DNA from: Paraspadella gotoi
Taxonomy: Eukaryota; Animalia; Chaetognatha
NCBI GenBank assembly: GCA_051294375.1
Contig: CM119269.1
Location: forward strand, 2,704,504-2,768,503
Length of the DNA: 64,000 nucleotides
Reading direction: 5' to 3'
Shown here piece after piece: positions 54,928-64,000 of the stretch (the stretch's first letter is position 1; every line of letters begins with the position of its first letter). A program made the position numbers and the translations under genes. Below the pieces are notes generated by a model. It ran no database searches. It had not been told where the DNA came from and worked only from the letters and a program-made list of their open reading frames with translations.

Positions 54928-54954
54928 CTTGAATGATTGAATGATTGATTGATA

Positions 54955-54996
<42 letters not shown>

Positions 54997-55943
54997 ATGA
55001 TTGATTGATTGATTGATTGACTGATTGATTGATTGAATCAATGCACATGAAATAATATTTTTATTTCTTTTTTTTTAAATCGAACCTTTTTCAAATCTTT
55101 TAAAACTCCAACTAAAATACTCCAGGTTTACCACGTGGACGGCGCGGGACTCGAAAAGGGCGTCGTCTACAGCGAGGTGCTCGCGAAGAGAAACAAGCGT
55201 CACTTCTGGATTTGGCGCCGCGTCAAGGACGCCGTGTTCCCAGGCCGCTGTTCGCAAAAGGCGGCGTTGAGAAAATGTCTCTAGAACAAAGGAAACAAGG
55301 GGATGAAGATAAAAAGTAAAACAAAGGAAACAAGGGGAATAAAGATAAAAAGAAAACAAAGGGCCGGGTTTATGACGAAGGGAAAAAGGAAGTGACGTCG
55401 GGGTCGGAAGAAGGAAGAAGGGAAAAAAATAGAAACGTTAATCATGTGCTGCGCGACGAACAAAGTTTAACGACCTCTGGTATTTCAACTTTTCTGCCTC
55501 CCCCCCCCTTGTTCTTAACTACATTTTTTACCATTCTCTCTCCCCCCCCGTCGCCGCCCATCCGCCGATTTTTTGCTTTGCTTTGATTTTTTTTTTTATC
55601 TTATAATTTTTTTTGCTGTTTTTTTTTCTCTCAAATTTTCCCCGCTTGGCATATTTAAAATTTTGCTTGTTACTTTTTTCTCCTTTCCTTGCTTCTGCTA
55701 CGTCGCTACACTTTCCTTTTTCCCTTTTTATCTTAAGTATCTCTTTTTTTCCTTCAAACGTTTCTCCTCCACCCTAGGATCTTAGTCACTCCCATCCCTG
55801 CCGTTTTAATTTCCTTTCTCCTTAAACACTCCCTCAAGGAAGCGCTTCCTTAGCGACGCCGGAGAAATAACAACGGCTTTCCAACGACGAACGAACGTTG
55901 TATAATGAGGCAATATAACTAACGGTTACCGGGCCGATTAAAG

Positions 55944-55975
<32 letters not shown>

Positions 55976-56155
55976 TTCTTACTTCCCCTTTTCCCTTCCG
56001 CCCTCTCATTTCCTCACGTGTCTTTTGTCTTTTATTTGCGCCTGCGCGGTACACGAACGCCATCCGAAGGTTGAAACGGTGGCGCGCAATTATCATAATC
56101 TAGCGATCAGAGAATACCGGGAGAGGGGAGAAGAGAGAGAGAAAGAGAGAGAGAG

Positions 56156-56210
<55 letters not shown>

Positions 56211-56834
56211 AGATGAAGAGAGAGAAAGAGAAGAGAGAGGGCGAGAGAAGAGCAGAGAGACCTTGATAAGTCAGTTTCTCGGAGAGACATTATCTCGACG
56301 ATGCATTAGTCTTTCGCCGGCGGGGACGCTCACCGAATGAGAGAGAACCTAACTCTGGATCGGATCAAGAGATACCACAAAAAGATTTACCGGTAAATAC
56401 TGAGCCATTTTTTGAAATTTAAGGCCTTCGCTGGGCAGAAGCTAACGGTCCCTTTTTTCCTCCAATGAACTTAATAGTTACCTTATTATTTACTGCCGAT
56501 CCCAACGCTTTTCTATTTATATTCCTGACAAATTTATTAACATTAATTAATGTTAACTAACGACGTAACGAAAATAAAAATATTAGTCTACTCACCGCAA
56601 TAATCGAGACAACCGCCTTCGGTGACCTAGGAACCTAGAAACCTAGAAACCTATCAAACCCCGAGAAATTATTTTTCCCCCGAAAACATTCGAACTTTCT
56701 GTCCAAACCTGCAGACCGGATCGTATGGTCGTCATCGTTGCCGGCGCAGTTGATCAAGAAGATCTGTTCCGCGTTTTGAATCGATTCGAAAACGAGGGGC
56801 GGGATAATTCGAAATCGATCTTCGAGACGGAAAA

Positions 56835-56867
<33 letters not shown>

Positions 56868-59800
56868 GGAGGAGGAGGAAAAGGACTTTTGCCCGGGGTT
56901 TAATTCCTCCGTCGTGAAAAACGTTTCCTTTCCTTCGGGTATGAGACTCTGTCCGGTGAGAATGCAATCTGCAATGAGAAAGAAAAACTGGGAGATTGGA
57001 TTAGCGTTAGTTTCGCTCAGTTAAGAGTGAATAACTCGTAATAAATTTATAAAAAAAGAAATGTTCATTTACAGTTTTTTTTTCGGAATTTTATCATCAA
57101 TTAACAAAAACCAAAAATTATAAAACTGAAGTCGTTTTTTTAAATTTATATAGGTCGATTTATATAAATTTATAAATTAATTAATTTATAATTTAAATTT
57201 AAATTTATATAAGTCGATATTTATAAGTTTATAGTCGTTCTTCACAACCGACCAATGTATTCAGTGACGAATCCGTTTCAGCGCACGAAAGGCACGGAAG
57301 TGTGGAAATATTCTGGCGCACCCCATCGCCCGCGGACGACCCCTACGCTCACCGCGCCCTCTTTCATCTTTTGACGCACCTCAGCTCCGAAGAGTCGGGT
57401 CCGCTTTACGATGCGTTTGTCGCCGCTCGACCAAAACTTTGCTCGAAGGTGAAATTAATTATTTATAATTATTTGATAAACATAGTGAAGGTTAAAACAT
57501 ATCTTGATATTCAATGCTCAGGTCCACTGGTACCTCGGTGAAGCCAGTCGTTCCACATTGAAATCTCCGTCGATCCTCCACATGTTCTTCGAAGACGTTC
57601 CCCTTCATCTCTTGGAGGAGATTCCCGAGACGCTGGATCGCCTCCTCCGATCTCTCGTCGGCGGCGAATTGGAGGCGGATGGCGTCCGCGCTGTCGTCAC
57701 CGCCGACGCCGCCAAGAGGCGACTCCGGGTGGAACGAGGGACCTTCGGTTACGCCTTTTCTATTCTCGAAGCATTCGTGATGGAACACCTCGTCGACATG
57801 CCTAGTCTCCTACTCTTTCTCGACGATGCTCCCCATCGACGCCGCTTTTTGACCGAGGACGCCGCCTTCTGGCGTCGTCTGCTTCAATCCCGGATGCTGA
57901 CGCCGCCGCGAGTAACAGTTCTGGGTCGGCCGAGTCGACGCCTCGCCGACGACTTAGCAGAGGCGGCAAAGACGCGGACGAACGAATTGAGAGGAACTCT
58001 GGGTCCCGAAGGCTTGCAAGAAAAGCATCGAGAGTTTGAGGCAGCGAAAAAAGATAACGACTTCCAGATGCCACCGGATCTTTTGGATCTTTTGCCGGTC
58101 GTCGCCGCCGATTCGATGAAAATCCCAAAATTCGAATCGATCGCTAACCGTCGTTGGACAAGCAGTTCGACCGCGACGACGACCCCGTCTCTCCCATTCG
58201 TCGACGACGACCTCGACGGAGTCCATTTTGGCCTCAAGTTGGTCCACATTCCGAACGCCACCTTCGTTTCTTTGACGACGATGATTAATACGCAGAATCT
58301 CGATCGCGCCTCCAAGTCGCTGATGCCGATCTTCGCGAGACTCTTCTTCCACGCGGACTCGACGCTTGACCACACCTTGAACCAAACCAACTCTTCCGAT
58401 AACACCTCTTGCTCCACAACCACTCCCTCCGCCACTACCTCGCCTACCTTCGTCGACCGCCTCGCCGCTACCGTCGTAGAACGATCCTCCACTTTCGGCG
58501 GCCGACTCTTCCGCGGTTCGATCCCCGCCAACACTTGGGCGATCGATCTCCTCGTCGAGAAGGAGAAATTTGGCGACGGGTTGGAGTTGTTGGACGAGTT
58601 GTTGACGCGAGGGAGGTTCTCTGCCGACGCCGTGGTTGACGCCGCCACGCGAGAAGACGCCTTGTTACAAGCCACACATGCCTTTTATGACATATATCCC
58701 GTCCTATGCTTCATGCTTTACGGCATGGACAGCGACGTCTGGATTCCGACGAAACTGTCCCGCAGCGCCGTCGGGCGGCGAATGCTGCGTGGTGACGTAG
58801 CTGCCGCGCCTGCGCTGCTGCAACGCCTCAGAGCGGCATTGCTGCGGAATGGAACGGTCGTGCTTCAGGTGGCTGGGGATATCGAGAAGCTTGATGAAAA
58901 GGCAAAGGCCGCTGGGTCGGCGTCGCTGGCGAAGTTCGTCGTCGAAAAGACTCCGGGTTTGTCATCGGCAGCGGCGGCGTCTTTTGATAAAAGCAACGCC
59001 GCTATCTGCGACGCCTACATGCCGCTTCATCGCCAACTGCTACCCTTCGACGAATCATCGACGCCCAGAGCGTTCGTCGTCGGAAGTGGCGTCGAAAACA
59101 GCGACTATTTCATCGCGGCGACGCCTGTGGTTCTGCAACGGCTCGTTAACAACTCCGTCGACTTCAACAATATCTTGCCTTACGACGAATTGCCTCGCTT
59201 ATACATCCTTTTAAGTTTCCTCAACGGTCTAGGCACCCCACTTTTCCATAAAATTCGTGGAAGGGGTCTCGCTTATGGCTACCGCTTTAAGTTTGATAAA
59301 GACAACGGGATGTTAAGGTGAGGATTCATAAAATAAAGATTTAAGTCATCGCGCAACATTGTCTATCGAATTTTGACATTTTTCATTAATTACAATTTAA
59401 AATTAATGGATCAGTAAAAAAAATTATTTGTTTACTATGCCTTTCACGACACCCCTCTCCAACGCCAGTTTTCAAGCCTACATGACCCGTAATCCTGCTG
59501 AAGTATTTCGTCGCGCCAAAGACTTCGTCGAATCGTTAATTAACGGGTCCACAGTCATCGAAGACTCTCAAATCAAAGCGGCACGAGGAAGAACGACGTA
59601 CAAGCTCCTTTCTGACGTTGGCGATCCTTTCAGGTCAGAAAGTTCAACTTTGCGTAATTCTTATGATTCGTAAAGATTCAAAGAATCATAAAGGTCTTAA
59701 ATTCTGTTTCTCGGTTTAAACTAATCGAATTTTGTTACATTCTTTAAAGATCACAAAACCTCACAAAAAGCCGGTTTAGTCATTTTCTTCACGAAACCAG

Positions 59801-60571
59801 GCTCATGTCTTTTCCTGATTTGATGTTTTTGAGGGGGAAAAAGCTTTTACTATTTTTTCTACCATTTTGTCTCCTAAACCATTAACTTCACTTACCTCAC
59901 ATCCATATCTCACATTTTTTTTTGCTTTTACGACACAAACACTTTTAAAGCATCATTTCCTTTTCGATACATTGCGTCTTCCCAAGAGGGTTAACTTTTT
60001 TATGACTCTGATTCTGAATAAGAAGGGAAATTATTATTAATGCAATTGATAAGCATTATTATCAGTATAAAAAGAGCATTTATTTATCATTTTTTGAGAT
60101 GTATTTTGCAATAAAAATTTTGTAATAAATTTTAAAATTCGTTTTTTAAATTTCTATTAATAAAAAAAATAGAGAAAAGAAAGTTTTATTTTTTACAAAC
60201 AACGATTTTTTAACAAATAAAACTTGGTTTTCTCTATATTCAACTCGGAGTCGAAACACAATCTCAAAAATAATAATCACACAATTTCTCGCAGGCTGGC
60301 CAGGGCATCCCTCACCGATTGTCTCTCTCGTCGCCCCGACGACCACCTCTCCAACTCCTTGGCTGCCTACGCGGACATCGACGCCGCCGCTCTGGTGGGC
60401 GTGGCCCGCAAGTGGGTGGCGCGCGTCTTCGACGTTCGGCGCCTGCGTCTGGGCGTCAGATGCCACGAGACGCGCGTCGACGAGCTGATCGAGAGTTTTA
60501 ACGCGGAAGGAATTCGGCTTGAGAAGATTTCCTTGGAGGACGTCGAGAGAATGGTTTTTGGCGAGGAATGA
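45644..60571 (+). CDS. M16C-type (insulinase/PreP-Cym1-related) zinc metallopeptidase with N-terminal hydrophobic anchor, ~11 exons
   Basis: Phase-consistent exons 45644-45734, 46004-46132, 46917-47059 (DDDGIPHALEHLIFSGSRKFPYK, HxxEH), 54498-54674 (NAVT..LYLDQILRP..FVTE) and 55126-~55243 (VYHVDGAGLEKGVVYSE). Further exons at ~56310-56391 (GGD..LTLDRIKRYHKKIYR), ~56714-56938 (PDRMVVIVAG), ~57264-57448, 57522-59317 (IRGRGLAYG), ~59469-59633 and ~60295-60571. The exon 5/6 junction lies in noisy sequence and is uncertain. An in-frame upstream ATG at 45479 is possible. Confidence 0.9.
46597..46858 (+). mobile_element. 3'-truncated copy of the HINE/DINE-like repeat in peptidase intron 2
   Basis: CAAGATCCGTCCATCCAATGTGTTTCGCC..GATTTCCTGAAGGCGGCGC..GACCGACCGAAAAGTGACT matches 308-625. 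The terminal hairpin is missing. Confidence 0.75.
47344..50334 (-). CDS. Voltage-sensor-domain-only membrane protein (Hv1/HVCN1-TMEM266-like), nested antisense in peptidase intron 3
   Basis: Exons ..-50082, 49529-49217, 49134-48904, 48783-48683 and 48537-47344 join via GT-AG with consistent phases (0,1,1,0). S1 FQCALLFLIIAHALAVLLEVFI, S2 VFHILILVVLVLATIQLVEVLLR, S3 FALTDSVVTVVVFVFAVV, S4 LLGVQLIVLFRLFKITNIV, then coiled coil KEKSLRAEIEESLGQMMQFKVQTELDAMRMQEELRELKRLTYFLR. The start codon is uncertain (50334 or 50087). Confidence 0.75.
52228..52313. repeat. (GAC)n microsatellite (others at ~7942-8000 and ~50550-50593)
   Basis: Directly visible. Confidence 0.95.
54893..55036. repeat. (GATT)n microsatellite in peptidase intron 4
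   Basis: Directly visible. Confidence 0.95.
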
Positions 60572-60613
60572 GTCACTATGAAAAATGGGCACTCTTTTTC
60601 CAGAGAGCCCCAT

Positions 60614-61352
60614 TTCTGTTCGTTTGCGGCGAAATTGGAGATGCTGAAAATCCGGGAGCGCCATCTATTGATTTTGATTCAAGCCTTCACCTCTTACGTC
60701 GCTAATAAATAACCGGCCTTATTATCCTAGAACGCCCCATTTTGTCTTAAATTTGGAATTAGGTTAATTTTTTTTAGTTAAAAATTTAGTTAGAGGTTAG
60801 GGTTAGGGAATAGGTTAGTGTTTAAGGTTAGGGACGTGGTTTTTGATTAGGGTTTAGGATTTGGGTTAAGGACTAGTATTTAGGGTTAAAGGTTAAAGGT
60901 TTAGGGTTAAAGGTTAGGATTAAGAATAAAGCTTAGGGTTAGGGTTCAGAATTATATTAAGGAATGGTTATGGTTATGGATTAGGATTAGTGATTGGTTT
61001 ATAAATTTAAAAATATATCTGAGATTAAGGGCAAAGTAAAGCATAAAAAATCATACAAAGTTTTTTTTATAGTAAATAATAATTATGAATTGTTTTTTTT
61101 TGCATTTCAAAAAAATAAATTTGCTGTTCTTGAAACCCAAAAAAATTTTCACTTGATTCTACATAGTAGGTCAGAGAGTATGAAAATTGTAATATTATTT
61201 GTTTCATTATATTTTTTAGATTTAAAAATAACTATTATATATGATTTTGTTTATTTATTATAATATTTTTGTATTGAATATTTAAATATAATATTATTTA
61301 TTAATATTTGGGATATTAGTATTGTCTTCCGGAAATAGAGGGTGCATCTACA
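60614..61352 (+). repeat. ~740-bp segment repeated at 63258-64000, containing a degenerate TTAGGG-like tract (~60788-60995 and ~63432-63635)
   Basis: Both copies start TTCTGTTCGTTTGCGGCGAA and differ mostly by substitutions. Units include GGTTAG, GGGTTA, GGTTAAA and GGTTTAG. Confidence 0.85.
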
Positions 61353-61966
61353 AAGTTAGATTACTTTCTGTTCTAGTTTTCTAATAGATATTGTACATCA
61401 TTCCTGTTAGAAATTCATTAATGAGAAACTCATCTAAATATCTATATGATAGAAATAAAAAAGTGCTATCTCTGAAACCTACAGGGAGGTCCAGTTCTGT
61501 TGGGACTAACTTCAAGTGCTGACAGCTCAAAAACAGTTTATGACTGAAGAATTTTATTTGGAAATTAGTACAATTTCTCTTTCAATCGATATCAAAAATG
61601 TTTGGAAAATTAACTGGCAAGTTTAATAATTGATACTTTTGCATAACACGCCGGTTTATAATTTTAATCGAATTGATAAACCTAAAAACAAACTTATTTC
61701 TGAAATTAAGTTGAAATGGGCCGGCTCAGAAAAGAGGGCCGAAAGGATTATTATACTCTTCTGAATAAGCTATCGTTACCAATCTTATCAAACGTTAACC
61801 GATTTACGAATGACCTTTTCTGTTCCTACTTTACCTTAGTAGAACAAATATTCATTGTGCAAATATGCGCGACGGTCTATAACTCTATTAAAACTTGAAT
61901 ACTTTTATGGTTACGCAATCCTATTTAAGCAATTTTGTATTTTGTATGTCAATTCTCTCTCTGTCT

Positions 61967-62034
<68 letters not shown>

Positions 62035-62543
62035 CTCTCTTTCGACGGCTCTTAAACAAGTTTTTTTTTTTCGCATAACGGATTTACTGATTACACAATT
62101 ATGCGTATAGAGCTCGAAATGCTTGTCCCACGTAAAGACAGACACCGTTTTCATTTTTGGAACTTTTCAAAAATTGCTCACGAAGAAACTTAACAATCTT
62201 TTAGGGGGTAAGTGCACATTTAAGCATTCACCACAAGTTTTGTTGTGATTTGAAAAAAAAATTAAGATAGCGGTCATGCTATAATTCTCGCTAAAAAAAA
62301 ATAATAATAATACAATTTTATCGGTTCCTTCGCAAAGATTTTATTGTTATCGAGTATCGATAATCGCACAGCAGCGATTTTTCTTGTTAATTTTTTTTTT
62401 TTCGATAACAATGCTCTCACGATCGGCTTGTATTCTCGGTTAGTTTTTAAAGAGAATAATTCATGTATCCGTCTTTACTGATATTTATATGAACAATATT
62501 TGTAGTTCGCTATATCAAAAATAATTGCCAATTGGCTCTGCAG

Positions 62544-63060
62544 GCAATCGGCGTCGACTGTGTCATCTTTCGGCGCCAATTTCGACCCTAATCGCCAGAA
62601 CGATCCTTCGCCCCCAACATTTGGCGTCCGGACTTTCGATAAAACGCTCTAATACAACAGTTCGTCCCACTCTCGATCTACAAAAACCAGAGGCCGCTTC
62701 CAGTATGTATATTTAATAACCTTTTTCTATGATCATTTTTCTACACGAAATTACCAATACGTAATAATCTGAGAGAATCTCTAATATTTTAAAAATAGTA
62801 ATTTAAACACAAAGACTCTCTATTTAAACATTAAAAAAACCTGTGCATGCGATGTCCTTACAATTAATTTAATAAATTAGTAAAAGAGTAAATTCAAAAT
62901 GTTCACCTCCTCACATTTCACCAACATGTCCACAGCATCGAGGATGTCTCGATCGTCGACGGGGTCGTCGGAGTCTCCTCGTCATCAAGTCGCCCGTCAT
63001 TCCGCCTTCACTCAACAAGGAATCGGTTTCTTAGCAAAAATGATCGACGTGATTTTCGAG
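62544..63060 (+). CDS. Two putative exons of an unidentified gene
   Basis: cag|62544-62702|gt and cag|62936-63060|gt join in one open frame: NRRRLCHLSAPISTLIARTILRPQHLASGLSIKRSNTTVRPTLDLQKPEAASTSRMSRSSTGSSESPRHQVARHSAFTQQGIGFLAKMIDVIFE. Confidence 0.35.
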
Positions 63061-64000
63061 GTTTGATTATTTCGTCGTTTCACTTAAAAGTTAAATTGCG
63101 TTGTTTTTATTCGCTAAAATGTACCACTGAAGAATTCAAGTAAAGCAAGCAATTTCGAGATTTAATTAGTCAATCAAAATTTGTCAAAATTCAGAAATGA
63201 AGTTATTAAAATTTGTTCCTCTTCACTCTTCAACTTCTACATCGACCNNNNNNNNNNTTCTGTTCGTTTGCGGCGAAGTCGGAGATGATGAAAATCCGGG
63301 AGAGCCATCTATTGATTTTGATTCAAACCTTCATGTCTTATGTCGCTAATAAATAACCGGCCTTATTTTCCTAGAACGCCCCATTTTGTCTTAAATTTAA
63401 AATTAGGTTAATTTTTTTTTAGTTAAAAAATTAGTTAGAGGTTAGGGTTAGGGAATAGGTTAGTGATTAAGGTTAGGGACGTGGTTTTTGATGAGGGTTT
63501 AGGATTTGGGTGAAGGACTAGTATTTAGGGTTAAAGGTTAAAGGTTTAGGGTTAAAGGTTAGGGTTAAGATTAAAGGTTAGGGTTAGGGTTCAGAATTAT
63601 ATTAAGGATTGGTTATGGATTAGGATTAGTGATTGGTTTGTATATTTAAAAATATATATCTGAGATTAAGGGCAAAGTAAAGCATAAAAAATCCTACAAA
63701 GTTTTTTTTATAGTAAATAAGAATTATGAATTGTTTTTTTTTTTTTTTGCATGTCAAAAAAATAAATTTGCTGTTCTTGAAACCCAAAAAAAATTTTACT
63801 TGATTCTACAGAGTAGGTCAGAGAGTATGAAAATTGCAATATTATTTGTTTCATTATTTTTTTTTTACATTTAAAAATAACTATTATTTATGATTTTATT
63901 TATTTATTATAATATTTTTGTGTTGAATATTTAAATATAATATTATTTATTAATATTTTAGATATTAGTATTGTCTTCCGGAAATAGAGGGTGCATCTAC

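Noticed and set aside
57884-58675. 263-aa and other antisense ORFs over the large peptidase exon and the VSD terminal exon
   Set aside because: They are shadow ORFs of GC-rich coding sequence with no independent motifs.

Overview
This window is not prokaryotic. It is a draft-assembly segment of an invertebrate animal genome: short GT-AG introns, CpG-rich exons, AT-rich introns, (GA)n/(GAC)n microsatellites, N-gaps, and a cox2 NUMT that reads in the invertebrate mitochondrial code. Positions ~2.4-37.5 kb are dominated by noisy direct and inverted copies that look like uncorrected long-read fill. They include two frameshifted copies of a clan-2-type cytochrome P450 and a Q/P-rich gene of unknown identity. 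The cleaner right half holds a 9-exon BHMT-family homocysteine methyltransferase with BHMT2-like signature residues (minus strand) and a divergently oriented M16C (HxxEH) zinc peptidase. The peptidase unusually carries an N-terminal signal anchor and many N-glycosylation sequons. The most interesting item lies antisense inside the peptidase's 7.4-kb third intron: a spliced gene for a voltage-sensor-only (Hv1/TMEM266-like) protein. It has His at the Hv1 D112 selectivity position, an eroded S4 (RLFKITN instead of RLWRVAR), a long S1-S2 loop, a coiled coil and a ~370-aa disordered tail. Also seen: HINE/DINE-like repeats, a tRNA-Gly-like SINE head, paired RFX X-boxes and degenerate TTAGGG tracts. 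All gene models were spliced by eye and all family assignments come from remembered motifs, not database searches.
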